Positions 27,582 to 36,037 of a stretch of DNA of 64,000 bases are shown here, piece after piece; the first letter of the stretch is position 1; each line of letters begins with the position of its first letter. Location: positions 1 through 64,000 of the IMG/VR virus record IMGVR_UViG_3300033156_000150; one strand, written 5' to 3'. The DNA is from a virus. The notes under the pieces are model-generated. The model saw nothing but the letters and a program-made list of their open reading frames with translations. It made no database searches and was not told the origin of the DNA. The position numbers and the translations under genes were made by a program.

Positions 27582-28044
27582 TTGGTTGTTTTCGTGGGTT
27601 CCATTGCGATGGATGCGGCCAGCTGAAAAGGAAGCGCAGTTGTGGAGTCGCAAGGTGGAAAGACTTGTCCGGCGGCTGCAAAAAGCCGAACATCGCTTGC
27701 GTGTTGAGCGTAATCGCTTGGCTTCTTTGCAATCGGATATAGAGATGTGGGAAGCTGAGTTGTTTAAGCGAGTGAGGGCTAGAGGGGCGGAGGAGCTGGA
27801 AAAGACTGAAAGGAGGAAGCGAGAGGTGGAGTCGTTGCTAGACGAAGCTAAGCAACTGATTGCCGATGAACAGCGGATTGTGAAGGCATTGGAGGAAGAG
27901 AACCGAGTTCTCAATGACACAGTTATTCCAGCATTGGTGGCTGGTAACCGTTTGATCCAAGAAAGGTGCGGTGCGGAGATCGCAAAGGCAGCAGCGTTAC
28001 AAGGTATGCTTCAAAGGGGCGAGCGAAACGGCACGGCACAGTAA
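27574..28044 (+). CDS. Coiled-coil hypothetical protein
   Basis: Heptad-rich sequence; RBS present. Confidence 0.6.
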   Translation: MFSWLFSWVPLRWMRPAEKEAQLWSRKVERLVRRLQKAEHRLRVERNRLASLQSDIEMWEAELFKRVRARGAEELEKTERRKREVESLLDEAKQLIADEQRIVKALEEENRVLNDTVIPALVAGNRLIQERCGAEIAKAAALQGMLQRGERNGTAQ

Positions 28045-28352
28045 TGGACCCGTGGAATTTTGAAGATGTAAAGCGGTTTTTGCGAGAGCGATTTCCTTTA
28101 AGGAATTATCGCCTCTACATAAGGCTACAAGAGCCGGCGTGTGGTGAGGATGGCTACACGTCAGTGTCTAGGAGTGAACGTACAATTACTATTCTTGTGA
28201 ATCCTAGACAGTCGTTGTCTAACAGGATCCATACTCTTCTGCATGAGTATGCCCACGCTTTACATCTGGATCGAATTGAGTGGCATGGGCGCCAGTGGTC
28301 TAGATTGTATGCTGAGTGCTATACAGCATGGGAAAAGTTGTCTGGGGAGTGA
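28044..28352 (+). CDS. Small HExxH metallopeptidase (ImmA/SprT-like)
   Basis: TLLHEYAH...WHGRQW. Confidence 0.75.
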   Translation: MDPWNFEDVKRFLRERFPLRNYRLYIRLQEPACGEDGYTSVSRSERTITILVNPRQSLSNRIHTLLHEYAHALHLDRIEWHGRQWSRLYAECYTAWEKLSGE

Positions 28353-28354
28353 GT

Positions 28355-28816
28355 ATGCCAACACCTGAGTTGACTGAGGATGTATTGAAGGAGGCAGTTA
28401 GAGCATATAACAAGGCAGGAAGGAACTTGTCGAAAGCTGCGAGGGAGCTTGGTATTTCAAGGGAGAAGTTGCGTTATAGGCTAGCAAAGGCAAAGGCGAG
28501 AGGAATAGGATCGGGAAATGCGAGTTATTCGAGAGAGGAGTTCTTGGAGGTTGTTGATTGGAGGCGCAAACTGGAAGCGGTGGTGGATGGTGTGTTGAGT
28601 AGGCTTAGTGCTGATGAGATTATTGGGGATCAGGAAATGCGAGTCGTGTATTGTGGAGTTGGCAACAACGGACGGTGGCGGGAGGTTACACGGAAGAGGA
28701 AGTATGACCAGTATAGGTTTGTATGTGGGAGGCGAGTATGGTGGGCTCGGAAGGAAACGGTCAAGTGGGCTCTAGCTAACGTAACGGGAGCGCGTCCATA
28801 TGGCGGGAAAGAGTAA
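28355..28816 (+). CDS. Fis-type HTH protein
   Basis: GRNLSKAARELGISREKLRYRL. Confidence 0.8.
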   Translation: MPTPELTEDVLKEAVRAYNKAGRNLSKAARELGISREKLRYRLAKAKARGIGSGNASYSREEFLEVVDWRRKLEAVVDGVLSRLSADEIIGDQEMRVVYCGVGNNGRWREVTRKRKYDQYRFVCGRRVWWARKETVKWALANVTGARPYGGKE

Positions 28817-29897
28817 GTACACTAGGCAGGAGTTTAAGGGGGAATATGACCCGGCAGAGGAAGTTAGATTTCTCCGAGCTGAGGTGCGGAGGTTAGAGGG
28901 TCAGTTGGAGAAGGTGAAGCAGGAGACAGGGATGGTGCGGATACTGATGGAGGATGTGAAGGAGGCGATTAAGGCGCTGCCTCCGGTGAAGAGGCGCAAA
29001 GGTAGGCAACGTAAGGTTTCCAAGGTGAGTTCGCCCGTTGTGTATGTGAGTCACTGGACAGACTGGCACATGGGAGCGATTCAGGATCCGGCGGAGGTTG
29101 AGGGATTTGGGGAGTTTAGTCCGGAGATTCTGGAGAGGAGGATAATGGATTGTGTTGAGCGGCAGTTGGAGTGGGTGGAGTTACACAGGTCAAACTATCG
29201 GATTGAGGAGTCTGTTGATCTGGTGACGGGCGATCTGATAAGTGGGGGCATACATGATGAACTCTTGTGGACTAATGCCTTTCCGGAGCCAGTGCAAGCG
29301 ATAAGAGCTGGTGAGCTCCTGGCGCGGGTGGTTGCTAGAAAAGCCGCGGAGTTCAAGAAGGTGGTAGTTCACTTTGTCACGGTTGATAATCATGGTCGCC
29401 TGACAAAGCGCAAGCAACATCAGGAGGCGGGGTACAATTGCTGGGGGTATGTAATCGGTTTCTACGCCAAGGAGAGGTTGCGGGAGCACAAGAATGTGGA
29501 GTTCAATGTGTATCCAGTGACGCAACAGGTGGTGCAGGTGAGCAACAGACGCTACCTCCTGACGCATGGCGACAGGGTGAGGGCGTGGATGGGTTTCCCC
29601 TACTATGGACAGGAGAGAAAGATCAGTCGTGAGGCGTCCAGGCGTATGCGTCGGGCACTGGACGAGTGGCGGAAAGGCGTGTTGCTTGATGACGGTGTGG
29701 AGGTCTTGTTTGACCTACTGGTCGGTGGGCACTGGCATGTACCAATGACCCACTGTTTGTACTGGCTGGGGGGCAGCGCGTGCGGCACAACGGCATACGA
29801 TCATAGTCAGGGTAGGTGGGCTGAGCCGAGCCAGCCGTCTTGGCTTGTGCATCCAAAGCATGGTGAATTTGACAGAACCGATTGGAGGTTGAGATGA
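28800..29897 (+). CDS. Calcineurin-like metallophosphoesterase with N-terminal coiled coil
   Basis: DWH, GDLISG, DNHGR, THGD, GHWH. Confidence 0.88.
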   Translation: MAGKSKYTRQEFKGEYDPAEEVRFLRAEVRRLEGQLEKVKQETGMVRILMEDVKEAIKALPPVKRRKGRQRKVSKVSSPVVYVSHWTDWHMGAIQDPAEVEGFGEFSPEILERRIMDCVERQLEWVELHRSNYRIEESVDLVTGDLISGGIHDELLWTNAFPEPVQAIRAGELLARVVARKAAEFKKVVVHFVTVDNHGRLTKRKQHQEAGYNCWGYVIGFYAKERLREHKNVEFNVYPVTQQVVQVSNRRYLLTHGDRVRAWMGFPYYGQERKISREASRRMRRALDEWRKGVLLDDGVEVLFDLLVGGHWHVPMTHCLYWLGGSACGTTAYDHSQGRWAEPSQPSWLVHPKHGEFDRTDWRLR

Positions 29898-30220
29898 CTG
29901 CTGAAGAACATTACAAGCGGATCTTGGAAGAGATCAGAACGTTGCACGAGGCTAAGGGTGCTGATTATGGATCCGATGAGGATCCGTTTGCTAACCTTCG
30001 GGCTAGCGAGCAGTTTGGTTTGCCTGCGTGGGTTGGTGTTGCAATACGTATGCAGGACAAGATGACTCGCATACAGTCATTTGTGAGGAAAGGTTTTTTG
30101 GAGAACGAGTCCGTAGAGGATTCGTTTCTCGATCTGGCAAATTACGCCATGTTGGGCTTGGCTTTGATGAGGGAATCGCGCGATGAAGACAGAGATCCCG
30201 CCCCGCATGGTGACACATAG
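29894..30220 (+). CDS. DUF1599-like (nucleotide-modification-associated, MazG-fold) protein
   Basis: KGADYG...FAN...RMQDKMTRI...ESVEDSFLDLANY. Confidence 0.8.
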   Translation: MTAEEHYKRILEEIRTLHEAKGADYGSDEDPFANLRASEQFGLPAWVGVAIRMQDKMTRIQSFVRKGFLENESVEDSFLDLANYAMLGLALMRESRDEDRDPAPHGDT

Positions 30221-30776
30221 CGGCTTGTGTATCGATCTGGAAAACATCACTCCCAGGGATTTGCGGATTAGTGACATAGCTCATTCTCTATCTCTGTTAT
30301 GTCGGTTTGGTGGGCACTGTTCTAGATTCTGGAGTGTGGCGGCCCATTGCCTCATTTGTTGCAGGCAGGCCAACATGGATGGTATGTCGTCAATGGTTCA
30401 GTTTGGATGCTTGTTGCACGACGCAGCTGAAGCATATTGGCAGGACCTTGGTGCTCCTCATAAACGGTGTCAAGGAATGGAGGGTTATGTCCGCAGGCTT
30501 GAATTGACACAGGAGTTGATCTATAATTCGTTTGGAGCTAAGTTGAACGAAGAGGAGAGGTGTCAAGTTAAGTACATTGACCTCAGAGTATTGGCTGCGG
30601 AGGCGTCCTTGTTGATGAGGGACAAGGGAAAGGAGTGGTTGGTGCTGGAGAATGTGGAGCCAGCACAGCTAACGTATAGGGATGTCAATTGGTTGTCGAG
30701 TCCGAAGATTGTGGAGAACATGTATATTAATGAGTTCAGTAGGCTGTATGCTGAAGTGAACGAGGAGTGGAATTGA
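30183..30776 (+). CDS. HD-domain 5'-deoxynucleotidase (YfdR/YfbR-like)
   Basis: DIAHSLS..CRFGGH...SVAAH...LLHDAAEAY. Confidence 0.88.
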   Translation: MKTEIPPRMVTHSGLCIDLENITPRDLRISDIAHSLSLLCRFGGHCSRFWSVAAHCLICCRQANMDGMSSMVQFGCLLHDAAEAYWQDLGAPHKRCQGMEGYVRRLELTQELIYNSFGAKLNEEERCQVKYIDLRVLAAEASLLMRDKGKEWLVLENVEPAQLTYRDVNWLSSPKIVENMYINEFSRLYAEVNEEWN

Positions 30777-30806
30777 GCTGATCAGCAAGCTAAGGGGAAA
30801 GACGGC

Positions 30807-32429
30807 ATGTCCTCGCTGCAAAAAGCAATTTCAAATATCAATATGCTGGTCGGTACAGCAAAGGCGACAGCAACACGGAGCCAAAGAGAGGATTCTATTT
30901 TGTCCAGTGGAGTTTCTTCCACAGCGGTTCCCGTAGCTTCCTCGCGCTATAAGGAGCGGTACAATCTATTCAGGGGATGGGTTTATGCGGCCATCAACGC
31001 AATCTCTAGTGAAGCTGCATCAATGTCTGTTAATGTTGCTCGTCGGAAGAAGTCATCCAAGAAACGGCCAGCATATCAAGCCATTAAGTCGTTGAGGGAA
31101 CAGAAGGAAGTGTATGACTATGAGGAGGTGTTGTCTGATGATAGCATCACAACAGTAATTGAGCAACCGAACGAGTTTCAGACTCGTGTGTCATTTGTAT
31201 ATTCGTTTGTTGCTAATCTGTGCCTCACAGGGTGGAGTTTTGTTGTAGTCGAAGCTAAAAAGGGTGATGGTGATTTGCCTGGCATACGGTTGTATGCGTT
31301 GCCGACTACGTGGATCCATCCGAATCACAGGGAGCGTCCGTTCGGTTCGTTTTTTGTTGGTGGGCCAGCATCCTCAAAGGCGGATTGGGTAGAGCTGCCT
31401 AGGGAGAACGTGGTGTTTGCTCACCTTCCGAACCCGGCTAATCCTTTGGGTGGATATGCGCCGGCGGCGGCTGTCCTCCCGGCGCTGCGCATTGATGATC
31501 ACATTCAAACGACGCAAGAGAAGTTTTTTGAGCGAGGCATCTTCCCGTCCGTAGTGATTACGGTTGGAAAGGACCCGCACCCTGAAGCGCCAGGGGGTGG
31601 TTGGCGTCCCCGTTTGACTCCCGAGCAAAGGCGACAGATAGCGACGGCGATTAAGAAGCTCTGGGCTGGGGTGGAAAATTATGGGGAGCCGGCTATTGTT
31701 GATGGGCTTATCGAGAGGATCGATCGTTTGTCTGCTACTCAGCACGAGCTTGGATGGCAAAGATCTGAGGAAACAATCCGCACTAGAATCCTCTCGGCTT
31801 TCGGAGTGCATCCGTTCATTCTCGGCGAAAGTGTGCCTGGTAGTTATGCTCAGTCGGCCATTATTGAAAGTCGCTTTTACCGGCGGGTCAACTTCTATAC
31901 GGAGATGTTGAGCAATGTGGTAACCCGTGCAATTTCAAACGTATTAGGAAACGAGGATTACATCGTATGGTGGGACCGGGCGGAACCTACCGATCCGTCA
32001 TTACATTACACGAACCTTCGTTATGCTCGGAGCATCGGGGACATCAGCCAAAAGGAGTTCAGAGCGTTGATGGGGTTGCCAGACGATCCCGATGGTCAGG
32101 AATCAGCGATTCTGCCGTCACAACTGGCTCCGTTGACACAGCTATTGGTTCAGATTGGGGCTGGTGCTATTCCTGGACCGCAAGCGGAAGCGTTGCTAAT
32201 GGCTGCTGGCTTGCCGAGGAAATTGGCAAGACAAATTGCAAATCCACCGAAGGGAGTTGGTGGTACGGAAAGCCGAGCTCCGCAGGGAGGAGGCGAAGAG
32301 GGGAGAAGCGAGGGGGAGAGTATTGATGAGCTGGAAAGTGAATTGAGGGAGCGTTCCCTGCAATTGCTTCAGCAGTTGCCCCAGGTGTCAAAGGACTTGC
32401 TTGATGAGTATGACAGGGGAATAGAATGA
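30807..32429 (+). CDS. Portal protein (HK97-like)
   Basis: WVYAAINAI, LCLTGWSF, FFERGIFPSVV, ILSAFGVHP..LG, ISQKEFRALMGLP. Confidence 0.9.
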   Translation: MSSLQKAISNINMLVGTAKATATRSQREDSILSSGVSSTAVPVASSRYKERYNLFRGWVYAAINAISSEAASMSVNVARRKKSSKKRPAYQAIKSLREQKEVYDYEEVLSDDSITTVIEQPNEFQTRVSFVYSFVANLCLTGWSFVVVEAKKGDGDLPGIRLYALPTTWIHPNHRERPFGSFFVGGPASSKADWVELPRENVVFAHLPNPANPLGGYAPAAAVLPALRIDDHIQTTQEKFFERGIFPSVVITVGKDPHPEAPGGGWRPRLTPEQRRQIATAIKKLWAGVENYGEPAIVDGLIERIDRLSATQHELGWQRSEETIRTRILSAFGVHPFILGESVPGSYAQSAIIESRFYRRVNFYTEMLSNVVTRAISNVLGNEDYIVWWDRAEPTDPSLHYTNLRYARSIGDISQKEFRALMGLPDDPDGQESAILPSQLAPLTQLLVQIGAGAIPGPQAEALLMAAGLPRKLARQIANPPKGVGGTESRAPQGGGEEGRSEGESIDELESELRERSLQLLQQLPQVSKDLLDEYDRGIE

Positions 32430-32869
32430 GTAAGTTCGTGGAACAAAAGAAGAAAGAGTTGCGGCGAGTTGTTTCGCGAGCGCTGTCCGTTGTAATGGCT
32501 GAGTATGCCACTCGTGTGTATGAGTTGTTGGACAAGTATATGCTTCACTTGTCATACAAGCGGGCAAGTTTTAGAGCGGTGAACCGGATGTCTGAGAGGT
32601 TGGCTAAAGTCATTGCTAGCGAGCTGAAGGAGTTTTCGAAGAGGTTGGAGAAGGGGGCAGGTAAGAAGGAAGCAACGTCAGATGCAATAAACTACGTAGA
32701 GGAGAACTGGGATGCCAGTGGGTTTAAGAAAAAACTGGTTGACGAAGCGTTTGTGGAGGTAGCTAGCGAAATGGTGCGGGAAGCGTGGAGGGCATTGCAT
32801 CAGGAAACTACGAGAATGGAAAGACGTGGCTTGATATCGATTAGCGGGAAGGGTAAAGGGGGTGAGTAA
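32426..32869 (+). CDS. Helical head-morphogenesis-associated protein
   Basis: Lies between portal and MuF and is translationally coupled to both. Confidence 0.6.
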   Translation: MSKFVEQKKKELRRVVSRALSVVMAEYATRVYELLDKYMLHLSYKRASFRAVNRMSERLAKVIASELKEFSKRLEKGAGKKEATSDAINYVEENWDASGFKKKLVDEAFVEVASEMVREAWRALHQETTRMERRGLISISGKGKGGE

Positions 32870-34092
32870 TGGCGTCAACTGCTAGCGAATGGTTACAGGG
32901 AGAAGGTAGGTGGCAGGAACTAGAGGAGTTGTTGAAAGGAGCGGTAGCTCCAGACGTGTTGAAGTTGTGGTTTGAACTGCCAGATGACATAAAGCAAACG
33001 ATTGCCGACCGGTTATATGATACGTTTTCTCAAGGCTACTGGGACGACATTGTTGGTACGATTAAGAGCGACGTGGGAAAGTTCTTGGTGATGGGATTGC
33101 AGGAAGGATGGTCGATTCCCAGGATAGTGCGAGCCGTTGCAGTGGAGTTCATGGGGTCGACGTGGGGCTATGCCAAGCGGAGAGCGACGAATATAGCTCG
33201 TACTGAGATGACCCACGCAATGAACGGCGCGAGGGTTGCTTCCAACAGTTATCTCAAAAGTAGGTATCCAGACTTGCCTATGCGCCAGGTCTGGCTGAGC
33301 GTATTGGGTCCTACTACTCGGCCAGAGCACGCTGCGTTGGACAGTGTGCCTGAGGACGAGAATGGTTTGTGGAACCTGGTTGGATACAAGGTGCCGTGGC
33401 CTGGACACTACGGTCTGCCTCCTGAGCAACGCTGCAACTGTCAGTGTACGGTAGTGATGGAGTATGGGCTCAAGGCTGCCGGGCTCAAATACAACCCTTA
33501 CCACGACCCTCAAACGGGGAGATTTACTTTCGCACCGGGAGGATTGCCTGCCGCGTCGAAGGGGACGCTAGCCAAGCTGCGGAAAAGGATTCAAACTGTG
33601 AAGGTTGGAGGGGAGCGAGGGAAACCTTCGAAGAGGGTTGCAGATCGGGTCATTGATTACATGGCTCTTCACCCTGATAGTGTTGTTAAAAGTATTGGTG
33701 GGATTTCGATTGTTGACAGGCAGGAGTGGAATAATGAGTATGTCAGACAGGGAGGCAGGAGCTACGAAGAGGGTTGGAGTGTTCAAGCATTCATTGTTTT
33801 TAGGACCGGGCATATTTTCCTAAAGAAAGGCTTTAAGGAGCTATGTCTTCATCATGAGGTTGGTCATCTAGTAGCAAGACAGTCCAAGGCATACAAGGAG
33901 TGGAGGGCCAGGTATAATATAGATCCGTCGTTTGATCGCCATACGGAATACTCAAAGACCGGTGGTCCGGAGGAAGCCTTCTGTGATTCCTATGCTGCAT
34001 ACATCGCTGCTAAGGGACAGGCCAAGAGTGATGAATATCGCGCGACATTCAAGATGGTGGAGGAGGTGATTCATGGACTTCGTACACATTAG
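32869..34092 (+). CDS. MuF (SPP1 gp7-like) minor head protein fused via KYNPYHDPQTGRFT to a zincin metallopeptidase domain
   Basis: RATNIARTE, W......TRPEHAALD, NCQC (MuF); then HHEVGH and TEYSKT..EEAFCDSY. Confidence 0.88.
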   Translation: MASTASEWLQGEGRWQELEELLKGAVAPDVLKLWFELPDDIKQTIADRLYDTFSQGYWDDIVGTIKSDVGKFLVMGLQEGWSIPRIVRAVAVEFMGSTWGYAKRRATNIARTEMTHAMNGARVASNSYLKSRYPDLPMRQVWLSVLGPTTRPEHAALDSVPEDENGLWNLVGYKVPWPGHYGLPPEQRCNCQCTVVMEYGLKAAGLKYNPYHDPQTGRFTFAPGGLPAASKGTLAKLRKRIQTVKVGGERGKPSKRVADRVIDYMALHPDSVVKSIGGISIVDRQEWNNEYVRQGGRSYEEGWSVQAFIVFRTGHIFLKKGFKELCLHHEVGHLVARQSKAYKEWRARYNIDPSFDRHTEYSKTGGPEEAFCDSYAAYIAAKGQAKSDEYRATFKMVEEVIHGLRTH

Positions 34093-34291
34093 AACGGGCC
34101 GGCCGTTCAAAGGAACGGTGCCTGACGTCTTCTACCTCCCCGTGGCGAAGGGATTGGGAACTGGTGTTGTGAAGGCGACGAAGGACGATGAGGAATCGGT
34201 TGTGAGGTGGATGTTTCTGCATGGCTACGTTCCTAAGAAGGGAGGGGCAGTTGGCAGCTCGAGCAGCGGAGGAAAGCAAGATGGGAGGTAA
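34073..34291 (+). CDS. Small protein downstream of the MuF-effector (possible immunity protein)
   Basis: GGAGG RBS; overlaps the end of MuF. Confidence 0.45.
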   Translation: MDFVHIRTGRPFKGTVPDVFYLPVAKGLGTGVVKATKDDEESVVRWMFLHGYVPKKGGAVGSSSSGGKQDGR

Positions 34292-34598
34292 TGGTCACGT
34301 AGAGTTCCTGAGGCCCAGTAATCCCGACCTGATTGCCTTAGCGGATGCAGTAGCTACCCGCTTTGTGGAATTGTGCGGCGCGTGGGAGCGGGTCCGGGGA
34401 GTTCGCCTGCAAGTGCCTGTTAGCCTTTTGAGTGATGTGAACAAGTGCAGAAGGGTTCGGCAGCGCCACAAGATGGGCGACTTTCGTCACCTTCCGTCTG
34501 AGTGGAAGGCTCTTAAGACGGTGGCTCAGTGGCTTGTTGATATGAACTGCGAGTTGAGGGGTCAAAAGAAAATCAAGGTTCAGTGGTCTGATGAATGA
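34281..34598 (+). CDS. Hypothetical protein
   Basis: GGAGG RBS. Confidence 0.55.
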   Translation: MGGNGHVEFLRPSNPDLIALADAVATRFVELCGAWERVRGVRLQVPVSLLSDVNKCRRVRQRHKMGDFRHLPSEWKALKTVAQWLVDMNCELRGQKKIKVQWSDE

Positions 34599-34800
34599 CT
34601 TGCGTTGCATCAACACGCTCAGGGGGAACCCGTGTCTCAATACCTTCATCAGGTCGCTTGCTCGGTTTGACAAGTTGTTCTGCGACTGTGTAGCTGAAGG
34701 TGTTGACTTTACTCTCAAGCTAGAAGTACGTGGGGACAAGGGAAGGTTGATTCACTGTCGGGTTTATGCCGACAGGTTTGAAAGGCCTTCGGATTCATGA
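34591..34800 (+). CDS. Small protein, possibly DUF2292/YezD-like
   Basis: Helix followed by FTLKLEVRGDKGRLIHCRV beta-hairpin; sits directly before a promoter and terminator leader. Confidence 0.4.
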   Translation: MNDLRCINTLRGNPCLNTFIRSLARFDKLFCDCVAEGVDFTLKLEVRGDKGRLIHCRVYADRFERPSDS

Positions 34801-34810
34801 GGCACCCGTC

Positions 34811-34839
34811 TTGACTTTTGAAAAAGCATGTTGTATGAT
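34811..34839 (+). promoter_or_regulatory. Sigma70-type promoter for the head/tail operon
   Basis: TTGACT-17 nt-TATGAT in the only sizeable intergenic gap of this region. Confidence 0.75.
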
Positions 34840-34866
34840 TTATATGGTGTGAGGTCAAGGCGCGGG

Positions 34867-34911
34867 AGAGACCGGCTGCGACTTTGGTTGGTTGCAGACG
34901 GTTTCTTTTTT
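34867..34911 (+). terminator. Intrinsic terminator in the 5' leader of the head/tail operon
   Basis: AGAGACCG-G-CTGCGAC / GTTGCAG-A-CGGTTTCT stem followed by a T-run. Confidence 0.75.
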
Positions 34912-34924
34912 AGTGGAGGTTTCA

Positions 34925-35449
34925 ATGAGCAAGAAAGTTACGTTCTATCTGGGTCCGGCAAGCGGTTTGAGTAAGCGTCAGTTGACGATCACTCGTATGC
35001 CGAAGGCAGGCGACGATGATACGCCTTCGGCGACGGTTAATGCGACGCTTGGCGCAACGACGACTATCACTACACAAACGCTACCGGATAATCAGATTTG
35101 GCAGGCGAAGTTGGTGGATACTAAGACGAGTGGTGAAGTAAGCGACCCGGATATCCTTAACTTCCATACTGGCTCGCTTCAGTTTCCTGGGCCGAGATCA
35201 CCGGATCGCTTGTCGATTCTCAGTATGGAAGACATGAGCTCAAGTAGTAGTTGCAGTTCGACCAGTAGTGGGAGTTCAAGTAGCTGTAGCAGCACGAGTT
35301 GTAGTAGCACAAGCAGTGGGAGTTCAAGTAGTTGTAGTAGCACCTCGAGCAGTTGCAGTGAATCTGCGGGAAATGAGAGCAGCAGTTGCAGCTCAGTATC
35401 CTCTTCGTGTTCGAGTAGTGTGAGCAGCAGTTGCAGCTCTGGTCTGTGA
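34925..35449 (+). CDS. Beta-sandwich protein with 70-aa Ser/Cys C-terminal tail
   Basis: GGAGG RBS; tail at 35237-35446 with 8 Cys in SSSC/SSTS repeats. Confidence 0.8.
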   Translation: MSKKVTFYLGPASGLSKRQLTITRMPKAGDDDTPSATVNATLGATTTITTQTLPDNQIWQAKLVDTKTSGEVSDPDILNFHTGSLQFPGPRSPDRLSILSMEDMSSSSSCSSTSSGSSSSCSSTSCSSTSSGSSSSCSSTSSSCSESAGNESSSCSSVSSSCSSSVSSSCSSGL

Positions 35450-35463
35450 TAAGGGAGTTAGAA

Positions 35464-35745
35464 ATGCGTCAAGTTAACCGAAAGGCCGTCTTGGCTCTGG
35501 CGTTACATGGGTCTCAGTCCGAGGCGGAGGCCCTGAAGCAGGTGGTTGATGGAGCAGTGGAGCGGCTCGGTCTGGGCGGGGAGCCAGCCCCCTCCCCGCT
35601 CAGGCCCGGTGGGGGTGCGGTGAGGATGGATACTACTCGACCGTCCTTGCACGACGTAATTGCGTGGCTAGAGAATCCGCCGAAGGCTGACTACCTGTTT
35701 ATCCGACGCCTGCAAGAAACGCTAAAGTTGCGCTGTGGGGGATAA
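35464..35745 (+). CDS. Hypothetical protein
   Basis: AAGGGAG RBS. Confidence 0.55.
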   Translation: MRQVNRKAVLALALHGSQSEAEALKQVVDGAVERLGLGGEPAPSPLRPGGGAVRMDTTRPSLHDVIAWLENPPKADYLFIRRLQETLKLRCGG

Positions 35746-35746
35746 C

Positions 35747-36037
35747 ATGCCTTACCTTGGTTATCAACAAATCATAGTCAGCGACAAGGTGATGAGCGCT
35801 CCGGATTTCGACTGGCCGGCAGGGGCAACCCACGCGGAGTTGCAAGCTGAGGATCAACCCATTCGGTACACGATGGACGGAAAGACGAATCCGACGCAAA
35901 CAACTGGAATGATCTTGCGAACAAGTGCGGATCCCGTGATGTTTACTGTGGATGACTTGCGCCGGATGCGGTTCATACGGGGAGCTGCTAATGATGCAAA
36001 ATTGAATGTCCACTACTTTGCCGGGAGGATCGTCTGA
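35747..36037 (+). CDS. Small beta-rich virion (decoration-like) protein
   Basis: IRYTMDG..PT...G motif; located in the head module. Confidence 0.55.
   Translation: MPYLGYQQIIVSDKVMSAPDFDWPAGATHAELQAEDQPIRYTMDGKTNPTQTTGMILRTSADPVMFTVDDLRRMRFIRGAANDAKLNVHYFAGRIV

Noticed and set aside
34925-35449. RiPP precursors (Ser/Cys-rich cores for lanthipeptide or azole formation)
   Set aside because: No LanB/C/M, YcaO or radical-SAM enzyme is in the window, and the tails are attached to folded structural proteins.
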